From: Bacteroidales bacterium
GTDB lineage: Bacteria > Bacteroidota > Bacteroidia > Bacteroidales > UBA7960
NCBI GenBank assembly: GCA_007129945.1
Contig: SKUN01000087.1
Location: forward strand, 21,985-85,984
Direction: 5' to 3'
DNA length: 64,000 nt
Below the pieces are notes generated by a model that was not told the origin of the DNA, ran no database searches, and saw only the letters and a list, made by a program, of their open reading frames with translations. Shown here piece by piece: positions 18,642 through 27,607 of the stretch (position 1 is its first letter; every line of letters begins with the position of its first letter). Made by a program: the position numbers and the translations under genes.

Positions 18642-19910
18642 ATGACAACTTTTCAGAATCTGAATTTATCAGCGCCCCTTTTGCAGGCGTTAAAAGGCAA
18701 AGGTTACAAAACACCCACACCCGTTCAGGAAAAAGCCATTCCGGTTATTCTTCAGGGCCGGGACATTTTCGGAAGTGCACGCACAGGCACCGGTAAAACC
18801 GCTGCCTTTGGCCTTCCCCTGCTGGACCTGCTGGAAAACAAACAGAAAGCAGGCCGCCATCCAAGGGCGCTTATTCTTGCCCCCACACGGGAGCTTGCCG
18901 AGCAGATCAGCGAGAGCATCAGGACTTACGGGAAACATACCCGCATCAGCCACACCGTGATCTACGGCGGTGTATCTCAAAAAGAACAAGTAGCTGCATT
19001 ACGCAAAGGGAAAGATATTATCGTGGCCACGCCCGGCCGCCTGCTCGATTTAATACAGCAGAAATACCTCAGCCTTCATGCCGTGGAACATTTCATCCTG
19101 GATGAAGCAGACAGAATGCTGGACATGGGATTCATCAACGACATCAAAAAAATCAGTGCCATGCTGCCGGACAACAGGCAGTCCATGATGTTTTCGGCAA
19201 CCCTGTTGCCGGCTGTAAAAAAGCTGGCCGCCACCATGCTCAGGAATCCTGTCAGTGTGGACATTGAGCCGGACACCACCCTGGACAGCTTCACCAAAGA
19301 ACAAGTATACCACATTGGCCGTGCCTCCAAGGCAGCGCTGCTGCAGCACCTGGTAAGGGAAGAAGGCATCGACCGCACCCTGGTTTTCACCCGGACCCGC
19401 AGGGGTGCAGACAAGCTGGTGAAATCACTGGCCCGGGAGGGGATCATGGCACAGGCCATCCATGGCGACAAATCGCAAAACCAGCGCCAGCGGGCGTTGA
19501 ACCAGTTCAAAAGCCACAAACTGAGCATGCTGGTTGCCACCGATGTGGCCTCAAGAGGCATTGACGTCAGCGACCTTTCCCATGTGATCAATTATGACAT
19601 GCCCGAACAGGAAGAAACCTATACCCATCGCATCGGACGCACAGGCCGGGCAGGAAAAGACGGCATAGCCTATTCATTCTGCAGCCCGGAAGAAAAACTG
19701 CTGCTTAAGGGCATCCAGCGATTTACGGGTAAAAATATTCCCGTGGGCAAAATCCCCGCCGAGTTACCTGTAGCCGAAGCAACTCCCATGCAGCATTTCT
19801 CATCCAGACCATCGGGATCGAAACAAAGCAAAGGAAGTAACGGGAACAAACAGAACTTCAAGCGTAAGAACAAACATTCACGCCGCGAAGTCGGAGCAAG
19901 GATGGCCTGA
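18642..19910 (+). CDS. DEAD-box ATP-dependent RNA helicase with a basic C-terminal tail
   Basis: Q motif (TPTPVQ), AxTGTGKT, DEAD (ILDEADRM), SAT, HRIGRTGRAG. ATG 18642 (MTTFQNLNL) is preferred to the GTG at 18603. Confidence 0.9.
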   Translation: MTTFQNLNLSAPLLQALKGKGYKTPTPVQEKAIPVILQGRDIFGSARTGTGKTAAFGLPLLDLLENKQKAGRHPRALILAPTRELAEQISESIRTYGKHTRISHTVIYGGVSQKEQVAALRKGKDIIVATPGRLLDLIQQKYLSLHAVEHFILDEADRMLDMGFINDIKKISAMLPDNRQSMMFSATLLPAVKKLAATMLRNPVSVDIEPDTTLDSFTKEQVYHIGRASKAALLQHLVREEGIDRTLVFTRTRRGADKLVKSLAREGIMAQAIHGDKSQNQRQRALNQFKSHKLSMLVATDVASRGIDVSDLSHVINYDMPEQEETYTHRIGRTGRAGKDGIAYSFCSPEEKLLLKGIQRFTGKNIPVGKIPAELPVAEATPMQHFSSRPSGSKQSKGSNGNKQNFKRKNKHSRREVGARMA

Positions 19911-19967
19911 ACCGGCCCGGATTGATCATGCCCCGGCGAAATCCAGCGGCAGGATCTCCGGCCCCTT

Positions 19968-21056
19968 CTAACCATCATACGACGGATAATCCACAAAGCC
20001 TTTGGGACCTCCATGGTAAAATGTATCCTTATCAGGTTCCGCCAGGGGAAGTTCTTCCTTTAACCGGCGGACCAGGTCAGGATTGGATATATAAGGTTTG
20101 CCGAAAGCAATCAGATCGGCATGGCCCTGATCCAGCATCTGCCGTGCACTTTCCCCGCTGTGCCCTCCGCAGGAAACAAGGGTGCCGTTATAGCTATTTC
20201 TGTAATAAGGCACAATGGATTTTTTCTGACCGGAAAGCCGTTCTTCAGGGGTCATCATTTCACTCAGGTGGAGGTAAGCCAGGTCGTACTGGTTGAGCCT
20301 GTCGATGATATACCCATAGGTCTGCTCCGGTTGGCTGTCTGCCATTCCCGGTTTAACCGAACGTGGCGACAGGCGCAAACCCGTTCTTGAAGCAGGTGCA
20401 TATTTCAGTACCTCGTCGATCACTTCAAACAGGAAACGGGCCCGGTTTTCAACCGTGCCGCCATATTCATCCGTCCGTTGATTGGTCCCATCCATAATGA
20501 ACTGATCAATCAGGTAGGCGTGTGCCCCGTGGATCTCCACCCCGTCAAAACCAGCCGTCATGGCGTTTTTTGCAGCCATTCCAAAATCCCGGATGGTGGC
20601 CCTGATCTCTGCGGCCGAAATTGGACGGGAGGACTCGTAGGGCAAGCGCCCTTCGGGTGTAAACACCTCCCCCTGCGGACAAACGGAGGAAGCCGCCACC
20701 GGTGCTTGCTGATCCGGCTGCAATAAAGGATGCGAATACGGCCCCACGTGCCATAGCTGCAGGAATATTTTACCCCCTGCTTCATGAACTTTTTCCGTGA
20801 CCAAACGCCATCCCTCAATCTGTTCAGCAGTATAGCAACCCGGCGTACCGGTGTATCCGAATGCCTGCTGAGATATCTGGCTGCCCTCTGCAATGATCAA
20901 TCCGGCGGAAGCCCGCTGCACATAATATTTCGCAATGAGGTCATTTGCCCTGAGTGAGGGTTCCGTGGCGCGGCGTCTTGTCATGGGTGCCATCACTACC
21001 CTGTTCGCCAGCATCAATTCGCCTGATTTAAATGGCTCAAAAAGTCTGTGCATCAT
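19968..21056 (-). CDS. Old Yellow Enzyme-family NADH:flavin oxidoreductase / alkene reductase
   Basis: 362 aa. N-terminal ...LANRVVMAPMTR and GFDGVEIHGAHAYLIDQF are typical of the OYE family. Confidence 0.85.
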   Translation of the reverse strand: MMHRLFEPFKSGELMLANRVVMAPMTRRRATEPSLRANDLIAKYYVQRASAGLIIAEGSQISQQAFGYTGTPGCYTAEQIEGWRLVTEKVHEAGGKIFLQLWHVGPYSHPLLQPDQQAPVAASSVCPQGEVFTPEGRLPYESSRPISAAEIRATIRDFGMAAKNAMTAGFDGVEIHGAHAYLIDQFIMDGTNQRTDEYGGTVENRARFLFEVIDEVLKYAPASRTGLRLSPRSVKPGMADSQPEQTYGYIIDRLNQYDLAYLHLSEMMTPEERLSGQKKSIVPYYRNSYNGTLVSCGGHSGESARQMLDQGHADLIAFGKPYISNPDLVRRLKEELPLAEPDKDTFYHGGPKGFVDYPSYDG

Positions 21057-21104
21057 TAATTCAGATTAATATTCACAACATCCGTTGTCTTTTCGGAAAA
21101 TTTG

Positions 21105-21112
21105 TACATTTG
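21105..21112 (+). promoter_or_regulatory. Candidate -7 box TACATTTG driving the asnA leader
   Basis: Perfect TAnnTTTG. Its end (21112) is 28 nt upstream of the leader ATG. The octamer is identical to the one before the his leader. Confidence 0.5.
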
Positions 21113-21140
21113 ATCTGTTGCAATAAATAAACAACCGATC

Positions 21141-21188
21141 ATGGCCCGGTTTTTCCTCAACAATAATAACAATAACTGTCCACCTTAA
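21141..21188 (+). promoter_or_regulatory. Asn-rich leader peptide ORF (MARFFLNNNNNNCPP*)
   Basis: Six consecutive Asn codons at 21159-21176. It is followed by a terminator and then asnA. Confidence 0.7.
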
Positions 21189-21224
21189 CAACAGGCGGTT
21201 GCTTTGTTATGCCCGATATTTTAC

Positions 21225-21252
21225 AGCCCGCCTTTTGGCGGGCTTTTTTTTT
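21225..21252 (+). terminator. Attenuator terminator upstream of asnA
   Basis: AGCCCGCC-TTTT-GGCGGGCT followed by a 9-T run. It lies 25 nt before the asnA ATG. Confidence 0.8.
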
Positions 21253-21277
21253 GCACACCCCGCAAATCCGATTCACC

Positions 21278-22288
21278 ATGGCAAAAGCCAAAAATATCCT
21301 GGAAACAGAAAAAGCAATAGAAGCGGTCAAACAAACATTTGAGCAGCAACTATCAAAAAACCTGAACCTGAATAAAGTTTCTGCCCCGATCGCGGTGCTG
21401 GAACACACCGGCTTAAATGACGAATTGAACGGAGTGGAAAGGCCGGTTTCTTTCAGGATCAAGGCGTTGCAAAACCAGCGGGCTGTGATCGTTCACTCAC
21501 TAGCCAAATGGAAGAGACTGAGGCTGAAAGAACTCGAGATAAACCGCGGCCAGGGCATCCTGACCGACATGAAGGCTTTACGGCCTGATGAAGACCTCTC
21601 TTCCATTCACTCAATATTTGTGGATCAATGGGACTGGGAAAAAACCATCTCCCCCGCAGACCGTAACCTGACATACCTGAAAGCCACCGTAGTTCAGATC
21701 TACGAAGCCATCAAGACAACTGAAGACAGTATATGCCTGTCAGAACCGGACATCAGGCCATTGTTGCCCGATCAGATCACCTTTATTCACGCGGAAGAAT
21801 TGTTACAGCGGGATCCCCTGTTGACTCCGAAAGATAGAGAAAAAAGGATCTGTAAGGAATATGGCGCTGTTTTCATTATTGGTATCGGAGCCCCCTTGTC
21901 AAACGGTAAACCCCACGACGGACGGGCCCCGGATTATGACGACTGGAGTTCAGAAAATGAAGAAGGCTTCACGGGACTCAACGGAGACATATTGTGCTGG
22001 CATCCCCTGCTGAAGAATGCATTTGAACTGTCATCCATGGGCATAAGGGTAGACCCGGGTGCATTAGACAGGCAGCTGGAATTACGGGCCTGCCAGGAAA
22101 AGGCCGCTTACCCCTTTCACCAGATGCTGCTCCGGGGAGCGCTTCCGGAAAGCATTGGTGGTGGCATTGGCCAGTCCAGAATGTGCATGCAGCTATTACA
22201 AAAGGCCCATATTGGCGAGGTTCAATCCGGCATCTGGCCGGAAAACGAAAGAGAACGACTCTGCAAACAGGGAATCTGTATTTTATAA
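21278..22288 (+). CDS. asnA: Aspartate--ammonia ligase (asparagine synthetase A)
   Basis: MAKAKNILETEKAIEAVKQTFEQQL..., 336 aa, class-II aaRS-like AsnA sequence. ATG 21278 is preferred to the track start at 21209, which would run through the terminator. Confidence 0.9.
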   Translation: MAKAKNILETEKAIEAVKQTFEQQLSKNLNLNKVSAPIAVLEHTGLNDELNGVERPVSFRIKALQNQRAVIVHSLAKWKRLRLKELEINRGQGILTDMKALRPDEDLSSIHSIFVDQWDWEKTISPADRNLTYLKATVVQIYEAIKTTEDSICLSEPDIRPLLPDQITFIHAEELLQRDPLLTPKDREKRICKEYGAVFIIGIGAPLSNGKPHDGRAPDYDDWSSENEEGFTGLNGDILCWHPLLKNAFELSSMGIRVDPGALDRQLELRACQEKAAYPFHQMLLRGALPESIGGGIGQSRMCMQLLQKAHIGEVQSGIWPENERERLCKQGICIL

Positions 22289-22331
22289 AAAAAGCCGTAT
22301 ATTTACTAATACCAAATACAAATACGGCAAG

Positions 22332-22913
22332 ATGAAGATAACTGGCCCTGTTATACTGCTGTCATTGCTTTTTCTTCTGGCTTGCGACAGCGAAATAGAA
22401 ACCATCCGGGTTGAACGGAACAGTTCACTCATTTTCAGCGTGGAGGGATATGAAGAGCCCTGGAAAAGCAGTAACGCAACGCTGCTAAAAGGCAGGTCGG
22501 TTGTGCAACATATCCCGGGCGATCCCCCGGTCAGTGTATTCTTAACCAGACATTTCCTGGTATTTGAAGGCCGCACACCCGGCAACAAGCCCTTCGAAAT
22601 AATCATTACCCTGGATCTGGCTGACACGGATGATCTCCGGCACACTTACACGGCCGCATACCGCAAAGACAAAGGGGGGCTTTACCAGATTTCATTGATT
22701 ATCACCGAAAGCACAAGTCCGTTTGAGTACACAACAGCAGAACTGTGCGGGGAAACATTGGAGGATGCATTTTTCCGGATCGATCGTCATCATGAGGAGG
22801 AGAGCCTCATTGCAGGAAGCATGGAAGCAATCTTATGCAAAGAAAATGACCCTGAACAAAAGTTTATCTTATATGATGCGACTTTCAAAGACATTCGGTT
22901 AGAAACCAATTAA
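22332..22913 (+). CDS. Hypothetical lipoprotein
   Basis: MKITGPVILLSLLFLLAC has a lipobox. 193 aa with no family recognised. The track start at 22155 overlaps asnA and is rejected. Confidence 0.55.
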   Translation: MKITGPVILLSLLFLLACDSEIETIRVERNSSLIFSVEGYEEPWKSSNATLLKGRSVVQHIPGDPPVSVFLTRHFLVFEGRTPGNKPFEIIITLDLADTDDLRHTYTAAYRKDKGGLYQISLIITESTSPFEYTTAELCGETLEDAFFRIDRHHEEESLIAGSMEAILCKENDPEQKFILYDATFKDIRLETN

Positions 22914-22920
22914 CAGATAT

Positions 22921-23832
22921 ATGGCAAGAATTTACAAATGGTTGGTCTTCGCGGCATTTCTTATCCTTGTCGCAGTCCGGGCAAGCGGAGCCACCCCGGG
23001 AGAAAACCCGGTAAACTCCTTTGATGTGATCATTCTCAATAACGGAGAGATCATTCACGGAAAAGTTGTGGAGGTTGGGATCGAACGGATCCGCTACCAG
23101 CGCACCGATATTCCGGATGGCCCTGTTTATGAGATTTTCCGAAGTGAAGTGTTCGCCATTAGCTATCGCAACCAGATAAAAGAATATTTCTCCCCGCATG
23201 ATGAGGGAGTATTTCATCCGGATGCGGGCAAGCCCGGGGAGTTGACACAGACCCCTGAGCACATCCCTGAAGAGGAGAAAGTCTGGTATGCCGGCATACA
23301 GGATGGTGAGCTTCGTATCGGGCTTGGAGCGATCCGGAACCATTCCAGGATACAGGAGGTGGAAGACTACAGGAGCGAAGCGAGCTTTCCGGGATTCTAT
23401 GCCACCTACGTATTCCCTGCCCTCATTAATGGTCTTGATGTGGGCGTTTCAGCGGGGGTCGCAAGCTTCAACTATTCCGACAGCAGGGTCAGCGAATATG
23501 ACCGGTTGATTACAGACAGGGAGATCAGGGAATCACTCTTTTCCATTGCGGCAGTCGGGAAATACAGCATAGGCATGGATTTCCTTTCTCCCTACGTACT
23601 GGGAGGACTTGGCTATACCAATTCAAATGTACGCTCTGACGGCTCAGTTACCTTCACCGATACCGACCGTTCGGTAACAGTACAGGGAGGAGCCCGCAGC
23701 GGGAGCCCGATCATGCTGATACGCGCCGGCACAGACATCCGGATAACAAACGAAATATCCGGATATGTGGATATTGGCACAGGCTTTGCGCTCATTCAGC
23801 TGGGCGGTGTCTTTAAAATCGGTAACCAATGA
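22921..23832 (+). CDS. Hypothetical secreted protein: N-terminal small beta-rich domain plus a C-terminal outer-membrane beta-barrel-like region
   Basis: Signal peptide MARIYKWLVFAAFLILVAVRASG. The C-terminal half has alternating hydrophobic residues and many aromatic/Gly residues. Confidence 0.5.
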   Translation: MARIYKWLVFAAFLILVAVRASGATPGENPVNSFDVIILNNGEIIHGKVVEVGIERIRYQRTDIPDGPVYEIFRSEVFAISYRNQIKEYFSPHDEGVFHPDAGKPGELTQTPEHIPEEEKVWYAGIQDGELRIGLGAIRNHSRIQEVEDYRSEASFPGFYATYVFPALINGLDVGVSAGVASFNYSDSRVSEYDRLITDREIRESLFSIAAVGKYSIGMDFLSPYVLGGLGYTNSNVRSDGSVTFTDTDRSVTVQGGARSGSPIMLIRAGTDIRITNEISGYVDIGTGFALIQLGGVFKIGNQ

Positions 23833-24419
23833 AAACAATAAGGATTACAATCATTGTGCTATTGCTCCTCACCCCAATGGCCAAGCTCTCCGGACAAACA
23901 GCGGATGAACACGCCAGGCCAACGGGCATCACGATTTCTCTGGGTCCTTCGGCCAATTATTTCCATGGTCTTTATGAAGACGGGATTGAAAAATGGGATT
24001 CCGGACGACTGAACTTCCAGCTGAACGGCTTTATCGGATACACATCTGCACACAGCAGGGGTAGAAATATTGTGGGCGTATTCGGAACCGGTGGCTACAC
24101 CAACGAAGAAACATTTCAAGAGATGCTGGCGGTACAGGAGATCTCCACGGATGAATTAAAGATCAATAAGTATTTTACTTTTTACCAGGCTGAAGCGGGG
24201 ATGATACTTGGAAACATCCTGAGGCTCAGCACCGGATTCGGCAGACAGGATTTTGAGACCGTCAATGGCAGCGATAAACTGTACTATTTTTCTTCAACTG
24301 CCGGGCTGCTGATCGGCCTGGGTTCTTTTTCATGGAATATTGATGCCAACCTCCAGTACGGGCGAGACTTTTCAAACACTTCAATGCGCTTTTCCACGGG
24401 GCTGATGGTCAGGTTCTGA
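23829..24419 (+). CDS. Hypothetical small outer-membrane beta-barrel protein
   Basis: Signal peptide, alternating-strand pattern, C-terminal ...TGLMVRF (terminal Phe). Overlaps the upstream gene by 4 nt. Confidence 0.5.
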   Translation: MKTIRITIIVLLLLTPMAKLSGQTADEHARPTGITISLGPSANYFHGLYEDGIEKWDSGRLNFQLNGFIGYTSAHSRGRNIVGVFGTGGYTNEETFQEMLAVQEISTDELKINKYFTFYQAEAGMILGNILRLSTGFGRQDFETVNGSDKLYYFSSTAGLLIGLGSFSWNIDANLQYGRDFSNTSMRFSTGLMVRF

Positions 24420-24458
24420 ACCGGTGATTGCCGTCAACACTCCGGATTCAGGGGATAA

Positions 24459-24497
24459 AGAAGGGGGAGACACACGCTGTGTGCATCCCCCCTCTTC
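24459..24497. terminator. Imperfect long hairpin between convergent genes
   Basis: Outer stem GAAGGGGG/CCCCCCTCTTC and inner stem CACAC-GCT-GTGTG. The minus-strand side is followed by CTTTAT. Confidence 0.4.
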
Positions 24498-24519
24498 ATA
24501 ATCACAAATAAGGGATAAA

Positions 24520-27261
24520 TCAGTTGCCTGTATAAGGGATCCCCTCTTTGATCCATTCGGGAGCTTCCATCCCTTTCAGGTAGTGGTCAAAGTATTCACG
24601 CATCCTGATGGTATAATCAAGCTTATTGGGATATTTCTGCGGATGGTGGGGCTCATCGTGGTAATGGAGGAAAATAACGTCTTTACCGGCCCGGCGCATG
24701 GCCAGGTACATTTCAATGGACTGCTCCCATGGAACGGCCTCATCCACGTCGCCATGCATGATCATCATGGGGGTATTGATTTCATGGGCGTAAAATACCG
24801 GTGAATTCTCGATGTAAAGGTACCGGCGATCAAACAGTGAGGAACCAATACGGCTCTGACCCGTTTCATACTGGAACTGGCGTGCCAGACCACTACCCCA
24901 TCGGATACCGCTGTAAGCACTTGTCATATTGGAAACCGGTGCACCGGCGACGGCTGCGGCAAAAAGATCCGTCTGGGTAACCACATATGCAGTCTGATAA
25001 CCACTCCAGGAGTGTCCGTGCAGTCCTATTGCATCCGGGTCAGCAATACCCATATCAATGATCTTCTGGGTAGCCGGAACAAGTGATTTTACCGCCGACA
25101 TCCCGGGCCTTCCTTCAATAAAATGGATGTCAGGGAGCAACATCACATACTCGTTACTCGCATAATAACCAAAACCGGGCCGGTGATTGATCACTGTTTC
25201 ATTAAAATCATGCAGTCGCTGCGAATATTTCGCATAATAATAGATAAAGACCGGATATTTTCTGGAAGGGTCATAATTGCCGGGCTTGATCACAATGCCC
25301 TGAAGCGGCACCCCGTCAGCAGACTGGTATTCGATCAGCTCGGCCCTGCCCCAGTTAAACTGTTCCACCTGCTGCTGAAGATCAGACACTTTTGTGGTAT
25401 TGCGGAAACGGGTATCGGTAACCCAAAGATCCGGGAACAGATCCTGGGATTCCCGGGTAAACAAAATGGTGTTTTCATCTCCTGAAAGTTCACGCAAACG
25501 AAGGTTTTGTGCCACATCCATCAGCAAGCGCACCTCATTGCCTTCTACAGTATAAATGGCGCGCACTTTCGTGTTATCATTGAAGCCTTCAAGCAAGAGA
25601 TCATCGGTCCGGCTAAAAAGAGGATCATCGTCCAGCTTCCTGATGCGCAGGGAGATCTGGTTGTCACGACCAAAGCCGCCGGTCACATTTCTTGCTTCCC
25701 CGGTGGCCACATTGAATAACCAGATGTCATAGCGGTCATAAAGCAACACCGACACACCATCTTCCATCCAGCCCGTCATCCTGTAACTCGGGACTTCAGA
25801 AGGACGGTCATGGGTTTCATTGTAGAAAGGCACATCAATGCCTTCAGTAAGATTGATATGCTCACCAGTCTGCGTATTGAATGAGTGCCAGTGTTTGTCC
25901 TCAAAATAAAGGAGGTAACTGCCATCGGGCGACAGCGAAGTGACATCCTCAGAAGCCTCCACCACCAGCTGCTTTTCAGCGGTATTTACATTCATCACAT
26001 ACACATCACGGAAAGTTCCCTTCCATGTTCTTAGCTTTGTATAAGGCTGCACTGTTCTTGCGATCACATAATCACCCGCAGTTGCCGGCCTCACATCCTC
26101 CAGGTCTTCATCCGCCAGCTGAACCACCCGCTGATCCTGCATGTGAAACACAGAGATCAGGTTCTGCCGCCTTACCTGGTTCCACATCTGTCTTTCATGG
26201 GTTTTAATGTACGGATCCTCGCCATGCCAGATATCAATTTCAGCCTGTGCCTGAATGGAGTCCAGTTCAGACACATAGGCGGGCTCCTCTTCGGCCACCG
26301 CGGCAAAACGATCAGGGCGGAACCCGAAAAACAAACGCTCCCCGTCATTGGTCCAGCTCAGCTGATTATCGAAAGGCAGAAAATACCCCTCTGGGGCATC
26401 TTCCTGTGAAAGTAATTGCTCAGGGCTTTCATCGCCTGGCCGCCATGTAAACAATGCAGCGGTTTCTTCGGTTTTCTCATCCGTATCCTCTTCGCGGGTA
26501 TAAGCCAGGCGAGGTTCCTGGTTAAACCAGGTAAAACGATTGAATTTCATCTGGTCGCCGGCGTCTATTTCCCGGATATCACCGGCAAGGTCGTCCAGCG
26601 AAAGGGCATACAAGCCGTTGTTGGCCTCAAGGGTGTCTTTTTTTGTAAACACCAGGGTGGTGGCCATACTGTCGACTGTCCATGAATCTACAAAATACAG
26701 CGTGGTTGCGGTATTTCGCTGCAGGTCTTCCACATACAAAGGCGCACCGGCATCTTGCAGCTTTTCATTTTCTTCATCGGAAAGTTCTTCGTTTTCAACT
26801 ACCTGATGGTGGACAAACAAAAAATCCTGGCGTTCACTGAAACGGGCCTGACGGACATCTTCAAACAGTGTTTCCTGGCGGTCACTGGTACGGATCAGCA
26901 CCGCATCGTTGTTGGGCCTGTCAGCAGCACGCACTCCTTCCGTTTCGGCAAAAGGAGGAATCTGTGTAAACAACACCCATCCACCGCCATCGGAAAACCG
27001 GGGGCTCACTCCGCGGGGAACTTCATGCTCCCTCCTGCCATCGGCAGAAACCAGCACGCCATAACCGTCGCCACGATCAGGCGAAGCGGCATAGGCTACC
27101 CAGCTGCCGTCATGATTAATGGTTCGTGAGTCAATGTGATGAAAGCCCATCACATCTTCCAGAGTCATGGCTCGCCGCTCCTGTGCAAAAGAGGCAACAG
27201 CTGCCATCAACAAAATAACAACCGGCAAAAGTTTTTGGGTCATTGATCGGGAAAAAAGCAT
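24520..27261 (-). CDS. S9-family serine peptidase (prolyl oligopeptidase / DPP-type) with a long N-terminal beta-propeller region
   Basis: 913 aa. Signal peptide. C-terminal alpha/beta hydrolase with GLHGHSWSGYQTAY (nucleophile elbow), MHGDVDEAVP, and His in HYHDEPHH. An alternative start lies at 27243. Confidence 0.8.
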   Translation of the reverse strand: MLFSRSMTQKLLPVVILLMAAVASFAQERRAMTLEDVMGFHHIDSRTINHDGSWVAYAASPDRGDGYGVLVSADGRREHEVPRGVSPRFSDGGGWVLFTQIPPFAETEGVRAADRPNNDAVLIRTSDRQETLFEDVRQARFSERQDFLFVHHQVVENEELSDEENEKLQDAGAPLYVEDLQRNTATTLYFVDSWTVDSMATTLVFTKKDTLEANNGLYALSLDDLAGDIREIDAGDQMKFNRFTWFNQEPRLAYTREEDTDEKTEETAALFTWRPGDESPEQLLSQEDAPEGYFLPFDNQLSWTNDGERLFFGFRPDRFAAVAEEEPAYVSELDSIQAQAEIDIWHGEDPYIKTHERQMWNQVRRQNLISVFHMQDQRVVQLADEDLEDVRPATAGDYVIARTVQPYTKLRTWKGTFRDVYVMNVNTAEKQLVVEASEDVTSLSPDGSYLLYFEDKHWHSFNTQTGEHINLTEGIDVPFYNETHDRPSEVPSYRMTGWMEDGVSVLLYDRYDIWLFNVATGEARNVTGGFGRDNQISLRIRKLDDDPLFSRTDDLLLEGFNDNTKVRAIYTVEGNEVRLLMDVAQNLRLRELSGDENTILFTRESQDLFPDLWVTDTRFRNTTKVSDLQQQVEQFNWGRAELIEYQSADGVPLQGIVIKPGNYDPSRKYPVFIYYYAKYSQRLHDFNETVINHRPGFGYYASNEYVMLLPDIHFIEGRPGMSAVKSLVPATQKIIDMGIADPDAIGLHGHSWSGYQTAYVVTQTDLFAAAVAGAPVSNMTSAYSGIRWGSGLARQFQYETGQSRIGSSLFDRRYLYIENSPVFYAHEINTPMMIMHGDVDEAVPWEQSIEMYLAMRRAGKDVIFLHYHDEPHHPQKYPNKLDYTIRMREYFDHYLKGMEAPEWIKEGIPYTGN

Positions 27262-27465
27262 TTTTTGTTGTGTTTTGATTAGTATATTGATGATTTTAAA
27301 AGCCCTGTAAAGGTTTCAAAATTAATGTTTTTTGTGAATTCTTGACTGCAATGACAGGAATTCATGACTGTATTGATCCAAAAAGGGAGGTCAATCCTGG
27401 TTTTTTTAATAAACTGTTGTTTATATCAGAAAAAGTACTTACCATTGCAAATCAATACGGAAACA

Positions 27466-27534
27466 ATGGCACTTCATACCTGCACATATTATATCAGCTA
27501 TTATTACTTTTTTGTCAAACACAAAAGGGGCTGA
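27466..27534 (+). promoter_or_regulatory. Tyr/Phe-rich leader peptide ORF (MALHTCTYYISYYYFFVKHKRG*)
   Basis: 5 Tyr and 2 Phe codons lie within 9 codons (27487-27513). It is followed by a terminator directly abutting pheA. Confidence 0.65.
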
Positions 27535-27575
27535 TACGACTATGTGCTGAAAAAATAATATATAATTTCAACCTG

Positions 27576-27604
27576 AGCCCCGCCAATAGCGGGGCTTTTT
27601 TTTT
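27576..27604 (+). terminator. Attenuator terminator upstream of pheA
   Basis: AGCCCCGC-CAATA-GCGGGGCT followed by a 9-T run ending 3 nt before the pheA ATG. Confidence 0.8.
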
Positions 27605-27607
27605 ATC

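Noticed and set aside
27325-27345. Mini-ORF MFFVNS* and a weak hairpin plus T7 (about 27385-27409) as an additional Phe leader.
   Set aside because: It has only two Phe codons, the hairpin stem is very weak, and it lies upstream of the better-supported leader. This is insufficient evidence.
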